Origin: an uncultured archaeon
GTDB lineage: Archaea > Asgardarchaeota > Thorarchaeia > Thorarchaeales > Thorarchaeaceae
DNA length: 28,637 nt
Assembly (NCBI GenBank): GCA_964631415.1
Contig: CAZVZC010000002.1
Span: 1 to 28,637 of the forward strand
Direction: 5' to 3'
Part shown: piece by piece, positions 8,688 to 17,009 of the stretch
Position numbering within the stretch: the first letter of the stretch is position 1
How the letters are laid out: each line of letters opens with the position of its first letter
The notes under the pieces: generated by a model
Told to the model about the DNA's origin: nothing
The model's input: the letters and a program-made list of their open reading frames with translations, nothing else
The model's database searches: none
Position numbers and translations under genes: made by a program

Positions 8688-10412
8688 ATGTCAAAGGAAA
8701 CGCTGGAGCAAGAACTCGAACACATGCTCAGAGAGGACCTAATCGCCGCATGCCAATACTGGGGTGTGGAGGTGAGCGGCTCTTCCTCAGGGACGTCTCT
8801 CATTAGACTGCTAGCTGAGAAGATGAGGTCAAAGCAGGCACGAGAGCGCGTCTTCAGCACCTTTGACTCCAAAGAGAAGGATCTTCTAGGGATGCTGTCT
8901 CTCAGCGGTGGGGCCATGAGCTATGACAGGCTCAAACCGTACAGAAAAGTGTACAGCTATGGCCAGCTGAACCAGACTGAGAAGGATCTTCGGAAGAAGG
9001 GAATCATAGTAAGGCGGGTGATGTCAAGACTCACTGAGTTTGGCAGAGAAGTGGCCGAGTTCAAGATACTAGACTTTTTGACTCCACATTTGGTCAGGTA
9101 CTTCTCGGAGAAGCCGGTCCCGTCTGGAGAGAGGCCGAAGCGGCTGAAGGTATTTGTTGACTACCGGGACACGCTCCTTGTCGACATGCTTCTCCTCGTT
9201 TCATATCTTGCGAAGCAAGAGATCCGGATGACGAGCTCATGGGAGTTTCCGAAGAGGGACGTCGACCGTGTGAAGGAAGCTATGTCACAACCAACGGACG
9301 AACGGTTCGATCTGGTTCAGAAGATGGCCCGAAAGGCAGGAGCCTATTCTATTGTTGAGAATGACAGAGCAGCGCCTTCCAAGATAGACCTCCTCTTTGC
9401 AGGACGACAGGATCAGGTCGCTCGTCGGCTGCTTCTCTCCTCTCTCGGGCATACGAGGGCCATATGGGCGACACCCGATCAGCCCACTGAGTACACTCTC
9501 AACCTCGCAGTCTGCCGGCTACGCGAAAGCAAGCAGGATGAATGGATAAGTGTGACAGAGCTGCGGGACTGGATTCGAAGTGAGCTATTCATTGAGAATC
9601 AGCCGCTGAAGTGGATTCAGGTTGATGAGGAGAGAGTAGGTACAGCACTTGACACACCCATACTCTTGGGCCTTCTCCAATGCGCATACAAGGGTAAGGC
9701 TCTCCAGTTCGTGAGCATGACTCCAATAGGCGCCACAGTGATTACAAACCAGACGCCCAAATCTGAGGAGAGTCATGAAACATTCCTCGTTCAGCCCAAC
9801 TTCGAAATCACCGTGTTCACTTCTGAGATGGACTATCATAAGATCTACCGGCTGATGCTCTTTACAGAGCCTATCAGGACAGATGTGGTGACCGCACTCA
9901 AGATAACTGACAAGTCGGTCTTCCAAGCTATCGAGATGGGACTCAGGGAACGAGATATACTTGGTTTTCTGGAAGAGGAGAGCAGTAAGCCAGTTCCTGC
10001 GAACGTAGTCCGCTCGATCAAAGACTGGATCTCTCAGGCAACGTTCGCGACAGTGTCGCAGGTCTTGTTGCTGGAAACGGATAGTGAGAAGGATCTTGAG
10101 AACCTTCTACTCATAGAAGAATTTGCTCACAGCGTTGTCAAGAGAGTAGGACAGATGGCTGTCGTGTTGCAGGGTGACATCGACAAGCTTACTGAGGACT
10201 TGCGGAGCCACAAGTGTAACGTTACGAGAGCCGACAAGAAGAAGCCGGAACCTCAGGAAACGCAAGGATCGGCAGTGGCTGAGCAGGTCCTGTTGTACGG
10301 CGAACAGACGCTCTCTGATGCTCCGGAGGCATGCGTAGGCTGCCCCGCGCTTCAATCCTGCAACAAGGTAGTGAGGCGGAAAGCCCACACGGCTAGGGAG
10401 AAGAACGAATGA
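8688..10412 (+). CDS. XPB-partner protein with Helicase_C_3/clutch domain, TFIIH p52 (Tfb2)-like
   Basis: 'FLVQPNFEITVF...LMLFTE...LKITDKSVFQAIEMGL...ILGFLEEES.KPVPANVVRSIKDW' follows the same pattern as the XPB NTD in this window and the Tfb2 clutch domain. No helicase motifs. Probable start 8688; ORF track 8628. Confidence 0.75.
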   Translation: MSKETLEQELEHMLREDLIAACQYWGVEVSGSSSGTSLIRLLAEKMRSKQARERVFSTFDSKEKDLLGMLSLSGGAMSYDRLKPYRKVYSYGQLNQTEKDLRKKGIIVRRVMSRLTEFGREVAEFKILDFLTPHLVRYFSEKPVPSGERPKRLKVFVDYRDTLLVDMLLLVSYLAKQEIRMTSSWEFPKRDVDRVKEAMSQPTDERFDLVQKMARKAGAYSIVENDRAAPSKIDLLFAGRQDQVARRLLLSSLGHTRAIWATPDQPTEYTLNLAVCRLRESKQDEWISVTELRDWIRSELFIENQPLKWIQVDEERVGTALDTPILLGLLQCAYKGKALQFVSMTPIGATVITNQTPKSEESHETFLVQPNFEITVFTSEMDYHKIYRLMLFTEPIRTDVVTALKITDKSVFQAIEMGLRERDILGFLEEESSKPVPANVVRSIKDWISQATFATVSQVLLLETDSEKDLENLLLIEEFAHSVVKRVGQMAVVLQGDIDKLTEDLRSHKCNVTRADKKKPEPQETQGSAVAEQVLLYGEQTLSDAPEACVGCPALQSCNKVVRRKAHTAREKNE

Positions 10413-11443
10413 CAGGGAAAGTCCTACCAGAGCAGCTCGTGGGAGAGTTCCTCGGAGTCGGCAGCGTTGGGGAATCTGACCCGAAGGCTGCTTTGCCTTA
10501 TGTGAAGAGGCTCAAGTTACCCTATGCGTATCAAGTCCCGAGAATCAAGGAAGAGGACATGATAAGGCAGTTCGGATCGCTTGTCGAGGGCTTTGAAGAG
10601 AAGGGTGACTACATACTCGACCTAGATCTGTATGCGTATCAAGAGATGACACAGAATGTATCGCCGCTCATCCCGGACCAGAGCCACGCGCACGGACTGT
10701 ATCTGATGATGGATGGAAGCCGCTACGAGTTCTTCAAGACACAGCAGACGGCGCCAGCCACTATGTGCTTTAGCACCAGAGGAAGCGACGGTAAGCAACT
10801 TGTGTCCCAGAGGATGTTTCATTTCTATTCATCACTTATGGCGAGAGTTGCGAAGGGCCAGGTCGAGCATCTGTCGCGGTCCTGCAAGACTATCATCCTG
10901 TGTCAGGACGACCCTGCTCTTGGATTCGTGACCAAACTGATGCTGGAGGATCGAGCTGACGGCCTTACCCTGAAACAGGTCATCGATGGTACAGAGAAAC
11001 TGTTCCCGAGGTCAGTTGTCCCAGCATACCACTGCTGCGATGACTGGCGACTGCTCTCCAAGGGCGGCTCTTACATCCTATGGGACGGCGTTCCCAAGAT
11101 CGTGCACATCGACGTACTGTCATTTCGACCAGAGATTGACCCGGGGCAAGCTGAGAGGATTAACTCCTTCATGGAGCGGGGAGGTGCACTTGGGCTGGGC
11201 GTACTTCCGAACGTTGATGATGCATTCGTCGCCCCAGTCGTTGAAACACTTCGAAGGAATCTGAAACCTGTGCTCGAGTCATTCCTAAAGAGCAGAGTCA
11301 GCCTCGACCTCATGCGTGACCGGGCAATGGTTTCGACACAGTGCGGCCTGTTCAGAGCCACGAGCTCGCTCTCAAAGGAGATTCACGAGAAGAGCAAGGA
11401 GTTCAGGTCAGTCTTCGAAGACACGATCAAGCGGCTTCTCTGA
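10409..11443 (+). CDS. Single-barrel MetE-like protein (UROD/MetE superfamily; core methionine synthase/methyltransferase-like)
   Basis: 'GVGS', 'Q..AP.T', 'QDDP', Zn-ligand-like 'HCC', 'LGLGVLP', 'STQCGL'. ATGA overlap with the upstream gene. Confidence 0.7.
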   Translation: MTGKVLPEQLVGEFLGVGSVGESDPKAALPYVKRLKLPYAYQVPRIKEEDMIRQFGSLVEGFEEKGDYILDLDLYAYQEMTQNVSPLIPDQSHAHGLYLMMDGSRYEFFKTQQTAPATMCFSTRGSDGKQLVSQRMFHFYSSLMARVAKGQVEHLSRSCKTIILCQDDPALGFVTKLMLEDRADGLTLKQVIDGTEKLFPRSVVPAYHCCDDWRLLSKGGSYILWDGVPKIVHIDVLSFRPEIDPGQAERINSFMERGGALGLGVLPNVDDAFVAPVVETLRRNLKPVLESFLKSRVSLDLMRDRAMVSTQCGLFRATSSLSKEIHEKSKEFRSVFEDTIKRLL

Positions 11444-11570
11444 AAGTAGTCGAATTCCAGATTTGGTTTTGACGATGTAAGGACAATGAAACCACGGAAG
11501 CTGACTGCACAACAAGATATGCTTAAGAGGAAGCTACAGGGTTCCGGCGTCAAATAGGAGAGTCGAGGCC

Positions 11571-12389
11571 ATGCAGGCACCCAGCAAGCAGCCCGGACGA
11601 GTGATGAAGTTCATTCAGGACTACAGAATGAAGATGCTGATTCCTGAGATCCTCGTCGTGTTTGGCGTCTGGTACATGAAACCAGACTCACTCTTGGGGA
11701 ATGTCTATGCTTTCCTGGGGCCAATAGGCTTACTTCTGCAACCACTGTTCACCATTCCAAGTGGACTACTGGCACTAGTCACTGCGTTCATGTTGCACGG
11801 TATCTACCCTCTGGACAACTTCAATGAGGGCAAAATCCCGGTACTGCCTAAGGGAGCAGTACTGATGATAATCATCTCGTTTGTGCTTCTGCCGTTGCTT
11901 GTGCTCATGCAGATGATAGGATACTTCATGACTGAAGCCACGGAGTACTTGAGCCGAAACCCGCTGTGGGAGAGAGTGGAAAGTGTAGGAGACCTGTTGT
12001 TCTACGCTGGGGCTATGTTCTTCGTCGCATTTCAGTGGTGGCTTGTCATACCCGTCTTCTTTCTGTCACAGGCTGTTGACGGGATTCATAAGATCGCCCA
12101 TCATGAAACGATTAATGCTAAGATCACAGCCCTCTTCTACTTCCTATGGCCAGTGACCATGCCCTTCTTCTTCGACCCAGTTGAGGTTATGGCGATGGCA
12201 GCCGTGTCGATTCCTGCCTTTGCCTTCTACTCATACATCAGACCATACTACACATACGTCACGGCCGTACACACATTGACATTCGCTATTCTTGTGGTCG
12301 TCAGCATGGTCATCTATCCGTACATGCCGCTGCTGAATGTCTGGTTCCCCGGCTTCATACCCCCACATGTGCCACCAAAGATATGGTGA
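11571..12389 (+). CDS. Polytopic membrane protein of unknown function (~7-8 TM)
   Basis: 272 aa, strongly hydrophobic. Possible RBS (GGAG/GAGG) and TA-rich element upstream. Confidence 0.7.
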   Translation: MQAPSKQPGRVMKFIQDYRMKMLIPEILVVFGVWYMKPDSLLGNVYAFLGPIGLLLQPLFTIPSGLLALVTAFMLHGIYPLDNFNEGKIPVLPKGAVLMIIISFVLLPLLVLMQMIGYFMTEATEYLSRNPLWERVESVGDLLFYAGAMFFVAFQWWLVIPVFFLSQAVDGIHKIAHHETINAKITALFYFLWPVTMPFFFDPVEVMAMAAVSIPAFAFYSYIRPYYTYVTAVHTLTFAILVVVSMVIYPYMPLLNVWFPGFIPPHVPPKIW

Positions 12390-12432
12390 TAGACCCAAGT
12401 AGGTTAGCTGCAGAAGTCGGGACGATTCGATA

Positions 12433-12744
12433 TCAACTGGTGGTACCCGTGAAAGTGGGCTTGCGAGTAGCCTCTTCCTTGTCCTCTTCACGGAGCTTGT
12501 GTTTGAATGGGCGACCTTGTTCGTAGATCTTCGGGTCCTGATCTTTGGTCTTTGCCATGATGACAGAGAAACCTATGAGTTGAATTACAAGGGCGCCAAT
12601 GCATATGATAAACACGTCAGGGAAGAATGTGTGCGTGAACAGCTGAAGGTTCCATATCGTAGGGTAAGCCACTGCCTGAATCGCTATGCCGGCTATGAGC
12701 ATCAGAACCCACTTGTTCGTCCAATGGGACAGTCCCATCTGCAT
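12433..12744 (-). CDS. Small 2-TM membrane protein with charged C-terminal tail
   Basis: Two hydrophobic helices followed by a K/E-rich tail. AGGTG immediately upstream. Confidence 0.65.
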   Translation of the reverse strand: MQMGLSHWTNKWVLMLIAGIAIQAVAYPTIWNLQLFTHTFFPDVFIICIGALVIQLIGFSVIMAKTKDQDPKIYEQGRPFKHKLREEDKEEATRKPTFTGTTS

Positions 12745-12814
12745 ACACCTTGAGGATGAGTTATGGAGTCAGGTTAACCGAGCATTCTAGTTAAACATAG
12801 CTATGATGCCGTTT

Positions 12815-13789
12815 CTAGGCTGGCTCGTAGACCTGCTTCAGCCTGGCAACCAAGACTCCGGCCAAGGCCTTGAAGTCCTGCCTAGAGATGGACGGCACTT
12901 CGCTGGTACGCTTTGGGATGTCAAATCGGGCTACCATCACTGCCACATCTTTGTCCGTGGAGTACTCGATCAGTGCTGGATACTTGGTCCGCAGACGGAT
13001 TCGTTCGTTGTCAGTGTCCACACTCTTGCCCTTGTATACTGTGCCCACCAGATAGGGATATGCGAACCCGGAATGAGAGACTTGGACCTTGATAGCGACC
13101 GTGTCAGGCAGACCCTCAATATACGCTTTGCATTCCGCCCCGATGATCGTGCGAATCCCTCCCCGTTCTCCAAGGTCCACGTTCACGCCAGCTCTAATGC
13201 CGGCGACCTCGGCCAGCTCGCGAGTGAACCCGTAGACATCGTCAGACAACGGGGGCTGGAAGAAAGCTACAGCGTCGATCTTCGGGATTCGGTAGCCGAC
13301 AAAGAAGCCGAGTATGGACACTATCCCGTAGAGAATGATGATGAGAATCACCGAGTCAATGAAAGAGCTGAACACCGGCTGCGGATTCAGTTTGTACAGC
13401 AAAGCAAGACCGCCGACACTGACTGCGACAGGCATCATACAACAGCAAGCCGTGGTGCCAGTTGGGTGAGCATAGAGATGGCCATATGCCTTCTCGTGTT
13501 CTTTGACCATAAGCTCATACTGTGCAAAGGTTGCCCAGACTTTGCGATGCTCCCACTCTCCCGGGATGTAGTCTATGGCTCGCTTCGAGCCTGCTCCCAT
13601 CGCCATGGAAACAAAGAGGAGGAGTAGAGGAATCGCGGAGTAGGCCAGCAGTGTGGTTTCAAGGCTGTCAGGGCTGGTGTATTCAACATACGCGCCAGAG
13701 ACGATGAGCGCGGCGGTTACGACGATGAACGCTATGTTGACCGGGCGCTGCCGATCGTACCTAATGACCTGATCCTCGCTCATTGTCAT
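12815..13789 (-). CDS. 4-TM membrane protein with C-terminal soluble domain (paralog 3 of 3)
   Basis: 2TM, then 'WE......F.QYELMVKEHEKAYGHL', 2TM, and a soluble domain with 'GVNVDLGERGG...AYIEGL'. Start may be 13783. Confidence 0.75.
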   Translation of the reverse strand: MTMSEDQVIRYDRQRPVNIAFIVVTAALIVSGAYVEYTSPDSLETTLLAYSAIPLLLLFVSMAMGAGSKRAIDYIPGEWEHRKVWATFAQYELMVKEHEKAYGHLYAHPTGTTACCCMMPVAVSVGGLALLYKLNPQPVFSSFIDSVILIIILYGIVSILGFFVGYRIPKIDAVAFFQPPLSDDVYGFTRELAEVAGIRAGVNVDLGERGGIRTIIGAECKAYIEGLPDTVAIKVQVSHSGFAYPYLVGTVYKGKSVDTDNERIRLRTKYPALIEYSTDKDVAVMVARFDIPKRTSEVPSISRQDFKALAGVLVARLKQVYEPA

Positions 13790-14822
13790 CGTCCTCTACA
13801 TCACCTGTTATCCGCTGTTCATCTGAGATAAGAGCATCGCCTTCATGTGCCTTATGTGAGTCAGGAGCGACATTCCCAGTCATCTGGATTCCTAGATCTT
13901 CCATTATGCCATCCAACATCTCATCACTACCCCGATCACTCACGTACTCTCTGAAGCATGTTCGGACAAGATCCTCGAGGTCGTGACGAGCCAACTCCCC
14001 TGTAGCCGGCCTCGGAGGTCGCAATTCCCGTTCATGAGAACTGAGCGCAACTCTTGCCACGGCATCAATTGGACGGCCTGATTCATCTACTTCGACCTCA
14101 ATCCATGCAGAACTCTCAATGCCTTCAATCCTGCCTATGGCTCTGGGATTGCGCACAGTGAAGTACCCCCCAGCCTCGCCTATGGTCAATCGGACACCAG
14201 CCCAGGAAAGACCAGAGGTTTCCTCCAGCAGCTCAATTGGTCTCCAGATACGTTTCCAGGAAACCCATGGAAACTCGATGCTGGCATCGTTTGGAGCAGC
14301 CATGTAGACTGTCCGTCCTGCCATGAGCCCAAACGGCAATAGAAGGAACCCGAAAAGATACGGGGCAATCGCAATGAGTTCAGGTATGTAGGCCACGACT
14401 GCGTTCGGCAGCATAATGGCCGCGACAGCAATGCTTGCAGTGATTGTCACGGACATCCAACCGACGCGATTCATCAAATGTGAGTACGCTTTGTAGTAGC
14501 CTCTCAGGAGAGCTTCGAACTCCGAGTACTCTATGTCTCGCTCATGGAGTTTCCAATCGAGCGACGTGACTGAAACCTGTTGCTTCATCTTCCACGATAG
14601 TACAGCGATAGGAGCAGACATAGTTCCCATGACTGCCGCAGCCATTCTCGCCCAACTCATCGGGTCCGAAACTGCAGCCAAGAGTCCGTACTGAGACAGC
14701 TCTTCACCGATCACTATCCATGTCAACAACACGGCGAACATCAGCGCGTAGTATGGCATAAGCGATCTGTATGCAATAGGGTCAGCTGACACATGCAGGT
14801 CTCCGATGAGATGAGGGCGCAC
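13761..14822 (-). CDS. 4-TM membrane protein with C-terminal soluble domain (paralog 2 of 3)
   Basis: 2TM, 'WK......EYSEFEALLRGYYKAYSHL', 2TM, 'GVRLTIGEAGGYFTVRNPRAIGRIEGIES'. Confidence 0.75.
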   Translation of the reverse strand: MRPHLIGDLHVSADPIAYRSLMPYYALMFAVLLTWIVIGEELSQYGLLAAVSDPMSWARMAAAVMGTMSAPIAVLSWKMKQQVSVTSLDWKLHERDIEYSEFEALLRGYYKAYSHLMNRVGWMSVTITASIAVAAIMLPNAVVAYIPELIAIAPYLFGFLLLPFGLMAGRTVYMAAPNDASIEFPWVSWKRIWRPIELLEETSGLSWAGVRLTIGEAGGYFTVRNPRAIGRIEGIESSAWIEVEVDESGRPIDAVARVALSSHERELRPPRPATGELARHDLEDLVRTCFREYVSDRGSDEMLDGIMEDLGIQMTGNVAPDSHKAHEGDALISDEQRITGDVEDDDNERGSGH

Positions 14823-14831
14823 CTCGTCGAG

Positions 14832-15836
14832 TTAGCCCTTTCGGTGCTTTACGCCGAGAACCTCCAGCATCTCACTGATGTGGGGACTGTCACCCCGAGT
14901 TGACGAGTACTCGATAAGAATCAAAGCCACTGCGTTCTTTGTGATCAGCCCGACATCCTTGACACCAAGCTCATGGACTCGCGATGGTACGGGGCTGCGC
15001 ACATAGTAGCCTTCCTTATCCAGAGCAGTGGACTTGATGAAGTTCCTGTCTCTTGAGTCCCACAGCCAAGTTGTCACGCCGGAAGAGCCATACCCAGACA
15101 ACCGACAGAGTACTCTGCTGAGTGCTCCTAGCTCGCCAGACCAAGATTCGACATAGGCGTCACTCTCCAGTCCTGCGACGCGGGCGATGACACGCGGATT
15201 CCTATGTACCACAAAATCCCCGCTCTGAGCTCTGTCAATCAGTACTCTGACATTTGAGATGTTGGGGACTCCTGACTGCACGCTTGCCACCCACATAGCC
15301 TCTCTTATCAGAGGCAACGTGAAATCTGGCGAAGCTGCGTTTGACGTCGCACTGAAGCCACCATATGTGGTAGCAACATGAATGCCAAGAAGAATGAGAG
15401 ACGACAACAGAGGAATGAATGGTGACAGTGGAGGGTACAGGAAGGAGCTATCGTATGGTAGTGAGATATTCAATAGAACCAATGGTATCGGGATGTAGAA
15501 GTGCCAGAAGCTAGTCGCGGCGACAAGCCGTTTGAACTGTTTGTTGTGTTCCCTGACAAGCCTACGGCATTCGCTGACCTCGAGCTGGACAGGCTCGAAT
15601 TGCCACTGGGGCGCGACATAGATCACAGTCGACTTCTTTGTTTTCCAGCCAATGTAGAATCCTGCCGCTGCCGCATACAATGGCACAACAATGAACCAGG
15701 CTAGTGCGAGGAGGCCGTCAGTACCAAAGAGAACCAGAGACACCCAGTAGCCGCCGACACCTACCAGAAGGGCCTCTAGGACAACGATGGTCCACGCCAC
15801 CTTCATCGAATTGAAAACAACCGGCGACCCTGACAC
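14832..15836 (-). CDS. 4-TM membrane protein with C-terminal soluble domain (paralog 1 of 3)
   Basis: 2TM, 'WQ......EVSECRRLVREHNKQFKRL', 2TM, 'VRVLIDRAQSGDFVVHRNPRVIARVAGLES'. Confidence 0.75.
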   Translation of the reverse strand: MSGSPVVFNSMKVAWTIVVLEALLVGVGGYWVSLVLFGTDGLLALAWFIVVPLYAAAAGFYIGWKTKKSTVIYVAPQWQFEPVQLEVSECRRLVREHNKQFKRLVAATSFWHFYIPIPLVLLNISLPYDSSFLYPPLSPFIPLLSSLILLGIHVATTYGGFSATSNAASPDFTLPLIREAMWVASVQSGVPNISNVRVLIDRAQSGDFVVHRNPRVIARVAGLESDAYVESWSGELGALSRVLCRLSGYGSSGVTTWLWDSRDRNFIKSTALDKEGYYVRSPVPSRVHELGVKDVGLITKNAVALILIEYSSTRGDSPHISEMLEVLGVKHRKG

Positions 15837-15954
15837 TCTGATTACTTCCTGCGCAGTCGATGCTGCTTGGAGAGGGGCTCCTTAAGAGTTGCGTGCTGTG
15901 AGTCTTCTGGCGCAGGCACAATAGAGAGAGTTGAAGACATGACAGACGGCAATG

Positions 15955-15990
15955 CTTATTAATGCGTTCACAATAGTGAATAGCGAGGTG
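15955..15990 (+). promoter_or_regulatory. Promoter of the bcp pair with candidate operator
   Basis: CTTATTAA (15955-15962), inverted repeat TTCAC-aata-GTGAA (15967-15980), then RBS GAGGTG before ATG 15997. Confidence 0.45.
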
Positions 15991-15996
15991 AAATCT

Positions 15997-16479
15997 ATGG
16001 TAAAGGTTGGTGAGGTTGCACCGGACTTCGAAACGATCACCGAATCTGGCGAGAAGTTCAAACTGAGTGCTATGAGAGGAAAGAGACTGATGCTCTATTT
16101 CTATCCGAAGGACGACACGCCAGGGTGCACCGCAGAGGCCTGCTCAATACGCGACAGCTATGCCGCGTTCAAGAGGAACAATGCACTGGTGTTTGGTGTC
16201 TCAGGCGGGCCGGTCAATTCGCATAAGGATTTCAAGGCGAAGTATAGCCTACCATTTCCCTTGCTGATGGATGAGGAGTACAGAATCGCAAAGCTGTATG
16301 GAGTCTACGGCCCCAAGAAGCTGTACGGCAAGGACTACATGGGCATTGAGAGGACTACCTTCCTGATCAATCAACAAGGCAAAGTTGAAGGGATCTTCGG
16401 CGGCCCCGAAGGAGCCGAGAAGGTCGACACCAAAGAGCATGCCCAGCAAGTGACCAAGTTCTGGGGTTTCAAGCTGTAG
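15997..16479 (+). CDS. bcp: Peroxiredoxin BCP/PrxQ (2-Cys), copy 1
   Basis: 'APDF', 'YFYPKDDTPGCTAEAC', 'F..KY.LPFPLL.D', 'ERTTFLI'. RBS supports start 15997. Confidence 0.95.
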   Translation: MVKVGEVAPDFETITESGEKFKLSAMRGKRLMLYFYPKDDTPGCTAEACSIRDSYAAFKRNNALVFGVSGGPVNSHKDFKAKYSLPFPLLMDEEYRIAKLYGVYGPKKLYGKDYMGIERTTFLINQQGKVEGIFGGPEGAEKVDTKEHAQQVTKFWGFKL

Positions 16480-16494
16480 GAGGTATTCGACATA

Positions 16495-16974
16495 TTGGCA
16501 ATCGGTGATAAGGCGCCAGACTTCCAGACAACAACAGACACTGGAGAGTCGTTTAGACTCAGCGAAAAGATTGGAAAGAAGGTAGTTGTCTACTTCTACC
16601 CTGCCGATGATACACCCGGATGCACGGCCGAGGCTTGTTCCATCAGGGACAGCTACAACACCTTCCTAGAGATGGGAATCGATGTCTATGGCATCTCAGG
16701 TGGTTCTCGGGAGTCCCATGAGCGGTTCAAGCAGAAACACAGACTCAACTTCACCCTACTCATGGACGAGGACCATGCAATCGCCAAGCTATACGGAGTG
16801 TATAAGCCCACGAAGATTCTCGGAAAGGAGCTGTTGGGTGTCCAACGCGTAACCTTCCTGATAGACGGTGAAGGCAAGATAGAAGGGATATTCGGCGGCT
16901 CTGAAGGTCTTGACAAAGTGAAGACCCGCGAACACGCAGACCAAATACTCAACTTCTGGGGCTTGAAGCTCTAG
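16495..16974 (+). CDS. bcp: Peroxiredoxin BCP/PrxQ (2-Cys), copy 2
   Basis: 'YFYPADDTPGCTAEAC', 'QRVTFLID'. TTG start with AGGAGGT RBS. Confidence 0.95.
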   Translation: MAIGDKAPDFQTTTDTGESFRLSEKIGKKVVVYFYPADDTPGCTAEACSIRDSYNTFLEMGIDVYGISGGSRESHERFKQKHRLNFTLLMDEDHAIAKLYGVYKPTKILGKELLGVQRVTFLIDGEGKIEGIFGGSEGLDKVKTREHADQILNFWGLKL

Positions 16975-17009
16975 TGAGGTGTAGGCTGCCGCAAGCGTGC
17001 GCAGTAGCC

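Noticed and set aside
11571-12389. Rhodopsin/heliorhodopsin
   Set aside because: No retinal-binding Lys in the last helix and no RWxxY/RYxDW motif.
12803-13627. 274-aa + strand ORF
   Set aside because: Antisense shadow of the 4-TM gene, which is supported by paralogy; no recognisable motifs.
16465-16974. C-terminal FKL/LKL of the BCPs as peroxisomal PTS1-like signals
   Set aside because: Does not fit the small-residue first position of PTS1, and there is no relevant organelle; shared ancestry explains the ending.
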